DNA of 64,000 nucleotides from Candidatus Falkowbacteria bacterium. Its GTDB lineage: Bacteria > Patescibacteriota > Patescibacteriia > JACRDY01. Numbering within the stretch: position 1 is the stretch's first letter; each line of letters begins with the position of its first letter. Under the pieces are notes generated by a model. That model was not told the DNA's origin. It did no database searches and was given only the letters and a program-made list of their open reading frames with translations. This document shows, piece by piece, positions 29,009-39,565 of the stretch. Made by a program: the position numbers and the translations under genes. The stretch is from NCBI GenBank assembly GCA_016218485.1, contig JACRDY010000059.1, positions 11,529 through 75,528 on the forward strand, read 5' to 3'.

Positions 29009-30481
29009 ATGTCGTCCAAGGCGATCGTAGATATCATCCGATGTGTGATGAATGGTCTGGCGTTGCCCGACAACGTCACGTGGGAAGGTGTGTGCGACGC
29101 ATACGGCTACGCCAAGCACAATCTTCCCGAAGAAGTGACTGCGGCGCTGTTTGAGCTCCTGGGGCAGTATCTCCGTCGGTTGCCGCCAGAGAAAGAAAAA
29201 ATCAAGAACCTTTTCGACTACTGGCAGGGAAAGGATCCCGCTCTTTCGCGACTCCAGGAGGTTGCAATCAAAACAGCAACCTATCCGTTTGAGCTGGAGT
29301 ATTGGGAGGGATGGCAGGATGACGATTTGTGTGACCTCGGGTATGAGCGGCTCGCCGCGATGCCCGTGACCGTGAAACGTTTGCAGGTGCAGTACCAATA
29401 CTGTCGTCCAGGAACAGAGCGACGGGCAACAGTCGTGGCAGCGCTGCTGGGTTGGTCGGATGAGGTATCCTATCACGAATTCAGCATGCTGGTCAGCACC
29501 TATCGGCAGCAGGGCTTCCCCGCGGATTTGGCGGGAGTTCTCAAAAAATGGGTGACTACTCAATCCACTCACTCCGCCGACTGGCTGGAGCAATGGGAGA
29601 GGATGAAGGCAGGTCATGACGCCGATTCGGCAGCGCTGGCGGAGGCGTTTTTCCATAACGCCATCTCCACCGCGCATGACTTCAATGAGCAGTGGAAGGT
29701 CTTGACAGAGTTGCCGCTCAGCGAGTGGCAACAACAGGCCGTTTTGGCCAAACTGGCCGAGACTGGCACGTTGGGAGACTGGCATTGGATTCTGGGGCGT
29801 ACTGAGCCCAAGGATCGTTCGCCGGAAGTCCTGCGGCTGATTGAGCAGGCGTACCAACAGACCGACTGGCGGACGCTCCTGCGTCTGGCACAGAACTCTG
29901 ACGCAGAGCCTGATGGGAATTGGGATGACGGGTACACTCGGATGCTCGGGGATGACGACCTGCTGTCTACAGTTCTGTTTGAGCAGATCGCTCGTGATCC
30001 CTCCGCGGAACTGCCGGAGCTGCTGCGGATTTGGTGCCGCACCATTCCCGAGAGCTCCTACGAGCCCGTCATCATGGAGAGGATTAAGGGAGCCATCACT
30101 ACGGCGCGTGATTGGCTGCAGACCTACGGCTGGTGGCAGCGGTCATCCGCCTTGATCGAGCTGGCGCAGTGTCGGCTGCTCGCGAGTGTCTCGTCCCTCG
30201 ACGAGTGGCTCAAGCTCTGCAGTGGATACAAACTGGAGCACTACACTTCGTGGGTGACTCCGCTGACGCGGCATTTCATCAGCGTCACGGATGCCGACTT
30301 TGAGTACTGGCAAAACAGGATCAAGCATCCGATCCTGCGGGACTGCGCCGGCGCCATTCTCCAGAAGATGCACACTAGCGCTGACAGCAAACAGTGTCTG
30401 GAGGCACTGCTCGAGCTGTGCTATGACTACCGGGACCCTCTCGGGTCAACGGTGGCGAAGGCGCTGCTCTCTGTCGCCTAA
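29009..30481 (+). CDS. Hypothetical Trp/Leu-rich alpha-helical protein
   Basis: 490-aa ORF with an AGGAGG RBS and an upstream TTGACA motif. Confidence 0.75.
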   Translation: MSSKAIVDIIRCVMNGLALPDNVTWEGVCDAYGYAKHNLPEEVTAALFELLGQYLRRLPPEKEKIKNLFDYWQGKDPALSRLQEVAIKTATYPFELEYWEGWQDDDLCDLGYERLAAMPVTVKRLQVQYQYCRPGTERRATVVAALLGWSDEVSYHEFSMLVSTYRQQGFPADLAGVLKKWVTTQSTHSADWLEQWERMKAGHDADSAALAEAFFHNAISTAHDFNEQWKVLTELPLSEWQQQAVLAKLAETGTLGDWHWILGRTEPKDRSPEVLRLIEQAYQQTDWRTLLRLAQNSDAEPDGNWDDGYTRMLGDDDLLSTVLFEQIARDPSAELPELLRIWCRTIPESSYEPVIMERIKGAITTARDWLQTYGWWQRSSALIELAQCRLLASVSSLDEWLKLCSGYKLEHYTSWVTPLTRHFISVTDADFEYWQNRIKHPILRDCAGAILQKMHTSADSKQCLEALLELCYDYRDPLGSTVAKALLSVA

Positions 30482-30668
30482 CATGCATGCGAGATTCAAT
30501 CCACCGGCGTTCGCGCCGGTGGCTTTCATTTAACAAAGATTTCAAGAAACAAAGAATCAATCGGTAAGTATTGTTTCGTTGCTTATTTGCTTCTTTGTTT
30601 CTTGGCCCCCCTGTTTCTTGGCCCCCTTGACTATTCAGGCGTAATTATTCTAAGATAACAAAATCCCA

Positions 30669-30924
30669 GACCGCGGAGGGTGTGGTCTCGAAGGACCTGG
30701 TCCTCAAACAGGATGCCTGTATTGCCTATTCGGGCCAGTGACGACATTCTCTGACACCATGGCAGCACCGTTTCTCCATTCGGGGCGCAATAGAGTGGGC
30801 GTTGCCCAAAAGCCCTGGGAGCGCAGAAACGAAGCGAGCAATGGCGATGAGACGCCGTCTAGGCCCGGATTCATCGGGCTCACCATGAATCAGAGGGACC
30901 CTTCGAGCCCTCCCTCCCGCGGTC
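30669..30924 (+). ncRNA. Candidate 6S-like rod-shaped RNA
   Basis: Nested end-to-end complementarity with a central unpaired region; TTGACT-18-TAAGAT promoter at 30627-30656. Confidence 0.55.
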
Positions 30925-31127
30925 GTTCACACGACACGAAAGCCCTCGCCCAACCACGATGATAAAAAAGTGTCTCCTAGTAGGACTCCAAATTCCCGGG
31001 TAGACACTTCCGGGGTCATCTGGTTGGGCGAGGTGCCCCTCCATTTTCATTCAGCCGATAGAATATCCGTTTAGAATATCCGTTTATAGCGGGTTTTTAT
31101 TTTTTTTGCTATACTGGTAATAGTATA

Positions 31128-31245
31128 ATCCAGCACCTTCCAGAATATCCCGCAGCAAGCTGACGGGGTATTCTGGAAGGTGCTGGATGAATGGCTGAGA
31201 GAGTATTTCTGTGGCGTGCACTACCCCGACAGGAAGGTGCTGGAT
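31128..31245. repeat. ATCCAGCACCTTCC family element (composite form)
   Basis: Short hairpin form fused to the right half of the 11846 form. Confidence 0.85.
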
Positions 31246-31256
31246 AAAATTTTGAT

Positions 31257-32015
31257 ATGGCGAGTCAGAACAAAAATTTAGTTAAGAAATTCCGGCCGCG
31301 CATCAGCGACGTCTTGGCCGACAAGCAGGGACTAGGACTGTCCTGGCGGGTGTTCAAGATTATCAGCGAGTTTGTGGCCGGATTTGAGTTCCTCAAGCGT
31401 TATGACGCGGCGGTTACGTTTTTCGGTTCGGCCCGACATGACGAGGGGCACCATGTGTATGAAGAAGCGCGGAAGCTGGCGGCCGAGTGCGCCACCATGG
31501 GCTTCGCGGTCATCACTGGTGGCGGCCCGGGCGTGATGGAGGCGGCCAACCAGGGCGCGACCGAAGCCGGCGGCGAGTCTATTGGGCTCAATATCCAGCT
31601 GCCCCGCGAGCAGCGGATGAACAAGTATGTTAAGCACGGTCAGCCGTTTCATTATTTCTTTACCCGTAAAGTCATGCTGACGTACGCGTCTGAAGTGTAC
31701 GTCTATTTTCCCGGCGGCTATGGCACGCTCGATGAGCTGCTGGAATTAATGACCTTGGTCCAGACCAAGAAAATCTGCCGGGTGCCGATCATCTTGGTGA
31801 ACAAGGCATTTTGGACGCCGCTGTTGCGTTGGTTTGCCAATGATTTACTCAAAGAATACAAGACGATCAGCCCTGATGATCTTAAGATTTACTACCTCGT
31901 GGATAATGCCGTTGAAGCCACGGCGCTGATCAAGAAACTGATTAAGGAGGGCAAGATCGGTGGGGCCGAGTGTCCGGTAGAATATGATGAGAGCTCGGAC
32001 ATCCGGCGGGTGTAG
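31257..32015 (+). CDS. LOG family (TIGR00730-like) nucleotide-binding protein
   Basis: VTFFGSAR, ITGGGPGVMEAAN, PGGYGTLDE. Confidence 0.92.
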   Translation: MASQNKNLVKKFRPRISDVLADKQGLGLSWRVFKIISEFVAGFEFLKRYDAAVTFFGSARHDEGHHVYEEARKLAAECATMGFAVITGGGPGVMEAANQGATEAGGESIGLNIQLPREQRMNKYVKHGQPFHYFFTRKVMLTYASEVYVYFPGGYGTLDELLELMTLVQTKKICRVPIILVNKAFWTPLLRWFANDLLKEYKTISPDDLKIYYLVDNAVEATALIKKLIKEGKIGGAECPVEYDESSDIRRV

Positions 32016-32058
32016 GCTGGCTGGCTATAAATTAGGAGAAGCGTTATAGTATAATTAT

Positions 32059-32280
32059 ATGAATCAATTTGAAGGCGGTTACAAAGGTTCCGGCGGTCAC
32101 GCGGCGGATGCCGAGGGTGAAGCAAAACGCACTGAATTGGCCGCATTAGATCGGCAGATTCAGGTATTACAGCAACAGGTTGACGCTAAACGGCTTCAAT
32201 TTAAGAGTGGGGGAGGCGACGAAGAAATAAAATTGTTGAGTTTAATTAGAAGGCGGCGTAAGTTGCTTGGTATTGAATAG
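32059..32280 (+). CDS. Small hypothetical coiled-coil protein
   Basis: 73-aa ATG ORF followed by a terminator-like hairpin. Confidence 0.55.
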   Translation: MNQFEGGYKGSGGHAADAEGEAKRTELAALDRQIQVLQQQVDAKRLQFKSGGGDEEIKLLSLIRRRRKLLGIE

Positions 32281-32377
32281 TTGTTTATAAGGTTTAACCA
32301 ATAGGCCGCTCCGGAAACGAGGGCGGTTTTTTAGATAAATTTTTTTATTAAAATTATCCATAGCGCTGATTAAGCTC

Positions 32378-32520
32378 AACCCCACCCTGTCCCTCCCCTT
32401 ACTTCGGCCCCGCATTATGCGGGGACCTTGCAAGAGGAGGAGACGTGCTCTTCCGACTCAGGTGGTAGGTCCCGTCTCCTCCCCTTGCGGAGTAAGGGGA
32501 GGGACAGGGTGGGGTTGAGC
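32378..32520. repeat. Inverted pair of AACCCCACCCTGTCCCTCCCCTT elements
   Basis: Long terminal IR; the left copy has an inner hairpin and the right copy is empty. Confidence 0.85.
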
Positions 32521-32739
32521 CAAATCATAGCGCCTGCCAGATTAAATTTTTTTGCTTTTTCTCGGTACTTGATATAGAATGGTCGTACAATCTAAGTCCC
32601 ATTTGGGCCTAAGCAGGGGTATAGCAAAAAATACCGCTGTCAGTTTTGCATTAAAAATCTTGTTAAATTGCCACATTGCCAAATTGTCGCACTGTTGTGT
32701 GAGGTATTTAACAATGTAGCCATGTGACAATGTAACAAT

Positions 32740-34662
32740 ATGTTATTTAAAGTCGTTTCCCCATTCCAGCCGGCCGGCGATCAACCCGAGGCCATTACGG
32801 CCTTAACGGGCGGTTTTGCCAAATATCCGCAGCAGACGCTCCTCGGCGTGACCGGGTCAGGCAAGACTTTTACCGCGGCCAATGTCATTGCCAGACTGAA
32901 CAAGCCGACGTTGGTTTTGTCGCACAACAAGACACTGGCGGCGCAGCTGTACAATGAGTTCCGGGAATTTTTTCCCGAGAACAAGGTATGTTATTTTGTT
33001 TCGTATTACGACTACTACCAGCCGGAGAGCTATTTGCCGATCACTGACACGTACATTGAGAAGGACATGAAGATCAATGAGAAGATTGAGCAGCTGCGGC
33101 TTGAGGCCACGGCGGCCTTGATGAGCCGTGATGACGTGATTGTTGTCTCGTCCGTTTCTTGCATTTACGGCCTGGGCAAGCCGGATAATTTTAAATCCAG
33201 CGCCGTGGAAATCAAAGTGGGCAGTAAAATTTCCCCGGAAGAATTTGTCTCAAAACTCGTAGACATCCAGTATGAGAACTCGGACCTAGAGCTGCATCCG
33301 GGGAATTTTCGTTTGCGTGGCAGTACGGTGGAGCTGATTGAGGGCGCGGGTACCACGGTGCTGCGAATCGAGTTTGATGAAAAGAAAATCGCCAAGATCA
33401 GCGAGCTGCATCCCATCACGTTCAACAAGACCGGAGACATCAGTGACGTCTACATTTTCCCGGCGCGGCATTTCGTGTTTGACGCCGGCAGCACTCAGAA
33501 AGCTCTGAAAACCATTCGGGCTGAATTACAAGAACGGCTGCCCCAGCTCGATGACATTAAAGCCTATCGCCTTGAGAAGCGGACGAATTATGACCTGGAA
33601 ATGATAGAGCAGCTGGGACACTGCAAGGGGATTGAGAACTACTCGCGGCACTTTGACGGCCGGCGTCCGGGCGAGCAGCCCTATACCCTGATTGATTATT
33701 TCAAAGCTAAGGGTGACTGGCTGCTCTTAATTGACGAGAGCCATGTATCGCTGCCGCAGGTCCAGGGTATGTACGGCGGCGACCGCAGCCGCAAGGACAA
33801 TTTGATTGAGCACGGTTTTCGCTTGCCCTCGGCGTACGACAATCGGCCATTGACCTTTACTGAATTTGAAAAATATTTAAATCACGTGATTTATATTTCC
33901 GCCACGCCGAGCGAATATGAACGGGAACACTCGGGTCAGATCGTTGAGCAGATTATTCGGCCGACCGGTCTCGTGGATCCTCCGATCACGGTCAAGCCGG
34001 CCGAAGGCCAAGTCAAAGACGTGGAGCGGGAAATCCGGAAAACGGTTGAGCAGGGCTACCGCGTCTTAGTTACCACCTTGACTAAACGTCTGGCTGAAGA
34101 TTTGACCAGCTATTTGGTTGAACAGAACATTAAGGCCAAATACCTGCACAGTGAGATTGATACGATGGAGCGGACTAGGCTGATTCAGGATTTGCGCTTG
34201 GGTAAGTTTGACGTTTTGGTTGGGATTAACCTGCTCCGGGAAGGCCTGGACATCCCGGAAGTGGCGCTGGTGGCGATACTGGACGCGGACAAGGAAGGCT
34301 TCCTGCGCAATGAACGCAGTCTGATCCAGACCATTGGCCGAGCGGCGCGCAATGTGGACAGCCGGGTGATTATGTATGCCGACACGTATACCCGTTCAAT
34401 CAAAGCGGCCATCAAAGAAACCGACCGCCGACGGATGCGGCAAGAGCAGTATAATACCGAGCACGGCATTACTCCGGAGAGCATTACTAAGGCGATTATT
34501 GTTCGTGAGGACGTCATTCTGCCGGAATTGAAGGGCCAAGCGCTGGATGCCGAAAAAGTGTTAGTTGAGCTGGAGCTGCAGATGCAGGCCGCGGCCGAGA
34601 GTCTGGACTTCGAGCGGGCGATCATGCTGCGGGATAAGATTAAAGAATTAAAAGAGAAATAA
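32740..34662 (+). CDS. uvrB: Excinuclease ABC subunit B
   Basis: PAGDQPEAI, GVTGSGKTF, YYDYYQPE, DESH, LIQTIGRAAR. Confidence 0.98.
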   Translation: MLFKVVSPFQPAGDQPEAITALTGGFAKYPQQTLLGVTGSGKTFTAANVIARLNKPTLVLSHNKTLAAQLYNEFREFFPENKVCYFVSYYDYYQPESYLPITDTYIEKDMKINEKIEQLRLEATAALMSRDDVIVVSSVSCIYGLGKPDNFKSSAVEIKVGSKISPEEFVSKLVDIQYENSDLELHPGNFRLRGSTVELIEGAGTTVLRIEFDEKKIAKISELHPITFNKTGDISDVYIFPARHFVFDAGSTQKALKTIRAELQERLPQLDDIKAYRLEKRTNYDLEMIEQLGHCKGIENYSRHFDGRRPGEQPYTLIDYFKAKGDWLLLIDESHVSLPQVQGMYGGDRSRKDNLIEHGFRLPSAYDNRPLTFTEFEKYLNHVIYISATPSEYEREHSGQIVEQIIRPTGLVDPPITVKPAEGQVKDVEREIRKTVEQGYRVLVTTLTKRLAEDLTSYLVEQNIKAKYLHSEIDTMERTRLIQDLRLGKFDVLVGINLLREGLDIPEVALVAILDADKEGFLRNERSLIQTIGRAARNVDSRVIMYADTYTRSIKAAIKETDRRRMRQEQYNTEHGITPESITKAIIVREDVILPELKGQALDAEKVLVELELQMQAAAESLDFERAIMLRDKIKELKEK

Positions 34663-34666
34663 ATCT

Positions 34667-35119
34667 ATGAAGAAAAAACACGTGGACGCAGAGTACAGTC
34701 AGATCACCTCCTATATCTGGATTGGCACTAATCAGTGCTGTAATTTCCATTTTAAGAAAGAATTATTGCGGCAGGGGATTGACGCGGATATTAGTCTGGA
34801 AGAAGAGCGGGTGGATGAGCCGGTTGGTGTGCATCATTTTCTCTGGTTGCCAGTCAAAGATCATCATGCGTTGAGTCAGACACAGTTGCATATTGGGGCG
34901 GCTTTTATGGAAACGTTAGTCAAAAGCAAAATCAAGATGTATGTCCACTGCAAAAACGGTCATGGCCGTTCACCCAGTTTGGTGATGGCTTATTTTATCA
35001 CGCAAGGCAAAACGTATCAGCAGGCCTTTGACTTGGTCAAGAGTAAACGTCCGGAAGTACATCTTCGGCCGAGTCAAACAGCGGCTCTGCGGAAGTTTGC
35101 TCAGCGTCGGAAGAAATAA
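34667..35119 (+). CDS. Dual-specificity protein phosphatase
   Basis: VHCKNGHGRS (CX5R) active-site loop. Confidence 0.88.
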   Translation: MKKKHVDAEYSQITSYIWIGTNQCCNFHFKKELLRQGIDADISLEEERVDEPVGVHHFLWLPVKDHHALSQTQLHIGAAFMETLVKSKIKMYVHCKNGHGRSPSLVMAYFITQGKTYQQAFDLVKSKRPEVHLRPSQTAALRKFAQRRKK

Positions 35120-35186
35120 AAAAACAAACCCGTTCGCAATAGCGGGAACGGATTTGTTTGACGGTTCCAGGTTTGACACTTGAATA
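35118..35186 (-). ncRNA. Candidate small RNA with its own promoter and intrinsic terminator
   Basis: Minus-strand TTGACA (35219-35214), 16-nt spacer, and TATACT (35197-35192) preceded by TGn; terminator hairpin plus T7 at 35159-35118. Confidence 0.5.
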
Positions 35187-35230
35187 TTACCAGTATAACA
35201 AAGTATATTGTTGTGTCAATGGAATAGGTG

Positions 35231-35299
35231 TGGAGCTAAGGGGAATCGAACCCCTGTATTCAAGTGTCAGGCTGGAATACCGCCACCAGGCATAGCTCC
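35231..35299 (-). ncRNA. D-armless tRNA-like / tmRNA-TLD-like RNA
   Basis: GGAGCTA/TAGCTCC-A acceptor stem, AGGGG-TTCGATT-CCCCT T arm, 12-nt stemless D region, GTATTC/GAATAC stem with a 13-nt loop. Confidence 0.65.
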
Positions 35300-35381
35300 A
35301 CACCCAAGGCGAGTGTACCAGAGGTAGTATTAAAAAAATCTAAACTATTTAATTAATTAAAATTTTTGCCTTACTGTTGAT

Positions 35382-38222
35382 ATGCCCAGTGAATCCATCC
35401 AAATCCGCGGCGCGCGGGAACACAATCTCAAGAGCATCAACGTGGATATTCCGATTAACCAGTTCACGGTGATTACCGGCCTGTCCGGCAGCGGCAAGTC
35501 GAGCCTCGCGTTTGACACCGTCTACGCCGAGGGTCAGCGTCGGTATGTTGAGAGTCTGTCGAGTTACGCCCGGCAGTTTTTGGGCATCATGGGCAAGCCG
35601 GATGTGGACAGCATCAAGGGCCTCTCGCCGGCGATTTCGATTGAGCAGAAGAGTATCTCACACAACCCGCGCTCAACCGTCGGGACGATCACGGAAATTT
35701 ACGACTACTTGCGTCTGCTCTATGCCCGGATCGGCGTGCCGCACTGTCCGCTGTGCGGTACGGTAATCAAACCGCAAGACGCGGAGAGTATTACCAAAAA
35801 TTTGCTGACTGGTTTTGCCGGGAAAAAAGTCAAGATTCTGGCGCCCATTGTGCGTGGCAAAAAGGGCAACTACGAGCAGCTATTTTTAGACTTGAACAAA
35901 CAGGGCTATGTCCGCGTCCGGGTGGATGGCAAGGAAGGGGAGGTGACGGATTATTTTGGCCAGGGTAAGACAGTGATTGAGCGCTATGCCCCGCACAACA
36001 TTGAAGTCTTGATTGACACGATTAAAGTTGACGGTCCGGCGAAAACTCGGTTGCAGCGCTCGATTGAGTCGGCATTGAAGCTGGCCGCTGGTCTGGTGAT
36101 GGTTATTATTGAGCAGCATAAAAAAGACGCAATTGAAAAAGTTTACTCACAGCATTTAGCTTGTCCGGACTGCGGCATTAGTTTTGACAAATTACAGCCG
36201 CGCCTGTTCAGCTTCAATTCACCCTTTGGCGCCTGTCCGACCTGTCACGGTCTGGGCTTTATCCAAAAATTCGAGCCGGAGCTGATTATTCCGGACAAAG
36301 GCTGGACGCTGTCTGAGGGCGCTATTCGGCCGCAGGGGTTCAGCGTCAGCGGGTTCTTTGGTCAAATGCTCGAGACCCTCGGTCACAAGTACAAGTTTAG
36401 CGTTGAGACGCCGGTTCAGGATTTGTCCAAGAAAATCATGGATATTATTTTCTATGGCACGGATGACAAGATTGACTGGGAATTCGCCTCCAAGAGCACG
36501 GATAATGTCTGGGAGTGGACGGGTCGCTGGGAGGGGATTGTGCACCGTCTGGAGCGGCTGTACAAGCAAACGGACTCGGATAGCCGGCGGGCGGAGATGG
36601 AGCGCTACATGATAGAGCAGCCGTGCGGTGGCTGCGGCGGCGCCCGGCTCAAGCAGGAGGCGCTGGCCGTGATGCTATCCGGTAAAAATATCCATGAGAT
36701 TACCGGCTTGCCAATTACCGAGCTGGTTGCTTTTCTGTCCACGATCAAGCTGAACAAAGCGGAAACCGAGATCGGCAAACAAATCATGAAAGAGCTGGCT
36801 GACCGACTGCAGTTTCTGGTTGACGTCGGACTTGATTATTTGACGCTGGCGCGGCGCGGGGCCACGCTGTCCGGGGGCGAGGGTCAGCGGATTCGTCTGG
36901 CGACGCAGATCGGCTCGGAGCTGCGCGGCGTGACCTATATCCTGGACGAGCCGTCGATCGGCCTGCACCAACGTGATAATGAGAAACTGATCAAGACGCT
37001 CAAGAATATGCGCGATATTGGCAACACCGTCATCGTGGTGGAGCACGACGAGGATACGATTTTGGCCGCGGATTATGTGTTTGATATCGGGCCGGGCGCG
37101 GGGATCCACGGCGGGCACGTGGTGGCGGAGGGCACGCCGGAGCAGATTAAGAAAAATAAAAAATCGCTGACCGGGGCGTATCTGTCCGGCCGCCAGCACA
37201 TCAGCGTCCCGGATAAGCGGCGCCGGCCGCACGGTTTTATTGAGCTGCGCGGCGCGCGCCACAATAATTTGAAAGATATTAACGTCGACTTTCCCGTGGA
37301 AGTGCTGTGCTGCATCACCGGCGTGTCCGGCAGCGGCAAGTCCAGCCTGATTACCGACACGTTGTATCCAATACTCGCCAAGAAACTGCACTACGCGCGC
37401 GTGGTGCCCGGCGCGCATGACAGCATTGAGAATTTCGGCTATGTGGACAAGGTGATTATCATTGACCAGTCGCCGATTGGCCGGACGCCCCGTAGTAATC
37501 CAGCTACTTATACGGGAGTGTTTACTTATATTCGTGAGTTATTTGCCGCTACGAAAGAGGCTAAGATACGGGGCTACCAGCCGGGACGGTTCAGCTTCAA
37601 CGTTGAGGGCGGACGCTGCGGCAACTGCGAGGGCGACGGCGTGATTAAGATTGAGATGCATTTCTTGCCTGATGTCTATGTGGAGTGCGAGCAGTGCAAA
37701 GGTCAGCGCTACAATGAGGAAACACTGGAGGTGAAGTACAAAGACAAGAATATCGCTGAAGTTCTGAATATGACGGTGGAAGAAGCCCTGACGTTCTTCG
37801 GGCCGGTGCCGCGGATTAAGAGCAAGATGCAGACGCTCTTCGACGTTGGCTTGGGCTATATCAAGCTGGGCCAGTCCGCCACCACGCTGTCCGGCGGCGA
37901 GGCCCAGCGCATCAAGCTGACCGCCGAGTTGTCACGGCGCGATACCGGGCGTACACTGTATATACTTGATGAGCCGACCACCGGCCTGCACTTCGCCGAC
38001 ATTGAGAAGCTCCTGGAAGTGCTGAATCGTCTGGTGGACAAAGGCAACACGGTGATCGTGATTGAGCACAATCTCGACGTAGTCAAGTCCGCGGACTATA
38101 TTATTGATTTGGGTCCCGAAGGCGGCGACCGCGGCGGGCAAGTGATTGCCAAAGGCACGCCAGAGCAGATAGTCAAAGAAAAGGGGAGCTATACCGGGAA
38201 GTTTTTGCGGAGGGTGGTTTAA
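35382..38222 (+). CDS. uvrA: Excinuclease ABC subunit A
   Basis: [22 protein letters not shown], two LSGGE signatures, zinc fingers. Confidence 0.98.
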   Translation: MPSESIQIRGAREHNLKSINVDIPINQFTVITGLSGSGKSSLAFDTVYAEGQRRYVESLSSYARQFLGIMGKPDVDSIKGLSPAISIEQKSISHNPRSTVGTITEIYDYLRLLYARIGVPHCPLCGTVIKPQDAESITKNLLTGFAGKKVKILAPIVRGKKGNYEQLFLDLNKQGYVRVRVDGKEGEVTDYFGQGKTVIERYAPHNIEVLIDTIKVDGPAKTRLQRSIESALKLAAGLVMVIIEQHKKDAIEKVYSQHLACPDCGISFDKLQPRLFSFNSPFGACPTCHGLGFIQKFEPELIIPDKGWTLSEGAIRPQGFSVSGFFGQMLETLGHKYKFSVETPVQDLSKKIMDIIFYGTDDKIDWEFASKSTDNVWEWTGRWEGIVHRLERLYKQTDSDSRRAEMERYMIEQPCGGCGGARLKQEALAVMLSGKNIHEITGLPITELVAFLSTIKLNKAETEIGKQIMKELADRLQFLVDVGLDYLTLARRGATLSGGEGQRIRLATQIGSELRGVTYILDEPSIGLHQRDNEKLIKTLKNMRDIGNTVIVVEHDEDTILAADYVFDIGPGAGIHGGHVVAEGTPEQIKKNKKSLTGAYLSGRQHISVPDKRRRPHGFIELRGARHNNLKDINVDFPVEVLCCITGVSGSGKSSLITDTLYPILAKKLHYARVVPGAHDSIENFGYVDKVIIIDQSPIGRTPRSNPATYTGVFTYIRELFAATKEAKIRGYQPGRFSFNVEGGRCGNCEGDGVIKIEMHFLPDVYVECEQCKGQRYNEETLEVKYKDKNIAEVLNMTVEEALTFFGPVPRIKSKMQTLFDVGLGYIKLGQSATTLSGGEAQRIKLTAELSRRDTGRTLYILDEPTTGLHFADIEKLLEVLNRLVDKGNTVIVIEHNLDVVKSADYIIDLGPEGGDRGGQVIAKGTPEQIVKEKGSYTGKFLRRVV

Positions 38223-38334
38223 TCCATCTTTTTGCTTTTTTAGGTTATCCACAGTTTAATCTTGATTTTTGATCAGAATAGTGTATTATTATTTTTAGGA
38301 TCTAAATAATAATTAATTTTTTAAGATCAAAAAT

Positions 38335-39414
38335 ATGGAGGAATTTAAATTAAAAGCATTCAAAGTCATCCAAAATGGTAGGCAATTTTACGTTTCAACC
38401 ATCACATGTGAGCAGCTACTCGACGAAGATACCTTTAGAACCGACATTTGGAAAGAGGAATTGAAAAATACTCCATCAAAACAAGGGTATCAACGAGAAC
38501 CATCTCAAAATCATGTTAATGGAGTTGTGAAGTATATGGCTGGTGATAATATATCAATTTTTCCCACCAGTATTTTGCTAAATTGCCGTTATAAAATACC
38601 TAGTCGCGAAAATGGCAGTATATTTGAGATAACTATTGATAGACCTCTATGGATCGTGGATGGTCAGCACCGAATTTATGGCATTAGAAAGGCCATTCAA
38701 GAGAAAGGTCTAAGAGAGTGGAAAGGATTTTCTGTGCCGGTAGTTATATTAGATGAATTTGATCAAGGTGAAGAATTAGCTCAATTTAAGGTTATTAATG
38801 AGAGTCAAAAGGGGATATCTACTGGTCTGTTGCAGTGGCAGATGTATCAACAGTATACTCGTGACCCTGAAATGAAGGATAAATATAAGAGTAAAATTTG
38901 GCAGGTCAAAGCTTTAATGGCTATGGATAAACTTAATGATGACGATAATAGCCCTTGGAAAAATCATATTCAACTGCCAAACGTGGAGAAACGCAGAGAT
39001 CATTCAATTAACCAAACTTCTTTTGTGACTTCTTTGAAGCCTTTATTTAAGGATGGTTTTCTAAGTAATTATAAACTAGATGATTCGGTTTTAGTCCTTA
39101 AGAATTATTGGAAAGCGGTCTCTGTATTGTTTCCTGAGGCAATGAAAGACCATAAGCATTATTTACTATTAAAAACCCCTGGTATTTTTCCATTACATCT
39201 ATTAGCTAACGAAATATTACCGCGTTGTAACAAAGATGTCAGTATAGAGAAGATATTGGAGTATTTAAAAGTTGTTTTTAAAGATCAAAAATATAGTAAC
39301 GAATTTTGGTCGAAAAAAGGCCGAGGAGCAGCTTTGTTAGGAAGTATGAAAGGATTTAAACGTTTAGCGGATGATTTGATCATGGATCTTCCAGAACAAA
39401 CCTTAACAAAATAA
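38335..39414 (+). CDS. DGQHR domain protein (DndB-like)
   Basis: GYQRE, FPTSILL, IVDGQHR, QFKVINESQK; markedly AT-rich. Confidence 0.88.
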   Translation: MEEFKLKAFKVIQNGRQFYVSTITCEQLLDEDTFRTDIWKEELKNTPSKQGYQREPSQNHVNGVVKYMAGDNISIFPTSILLNCRYKIPSRENGSIFEITIDRPLWIVDGQHRIYGIRKAIQEKGLREWKGFSVPVVILDEFDQGEELAQFKVINESQKGISTGLLQWQMYQQYTRDPEMKDKYKSKIWQVKALMAMDKLNDDDNSPWKNHIQLPNVEKRRDHSINQTSFVTSLKPLFKDGFLSNYKLDDSVLVLKNYWKAVSVLFPEAMKDHKHYLLLKTPGIFPLHLLANEILPRCNKDVSIEKILEYLKVVFKDQKYSNEFWSKKGRGAALLGSMKGFKRLADDLIMDLPEQTLTK

Positions 39415-39424
39415 TTAAAATAAT

Positions 39425-39565
39425 ATGGCTAGAAAGATGACCAGTCCTCGAGTAGCTAAGATTGCCTCAAAGCAGTTAAAAAGCAAGACTGCTAATAAGG
39501 CGGCCAAGATGACTGCGGCCAGCGCTTTATCTCAGCGAGAAAAAAGTCGTCGTAAACGAAAGTAG
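39425..39565 (+). CDS. 46-aa highly basic small protein (not in the ORF track)
   Basis: MARKMTSPRVAKIASKQLKSKTANKAAKMTAASALSQREKSRRKRK; begins 10 nt after the DGQHR gene and is followed by a terminator. Confidence 0.65.
   Translation: MARKMTSPRVAKIASKQLKSKTANKAAKMTAASALSQREKSRRKRK

Noticed and set aside
34970-35179. ORF MSNLEPSNKSVPAIA... as a tmRNA tag or a real protein
   Set aside because: There is no stop after the tag-like residues, and the frame runs through a terminator and antisense into the phosphatase gene. The resemblance is probably chance.
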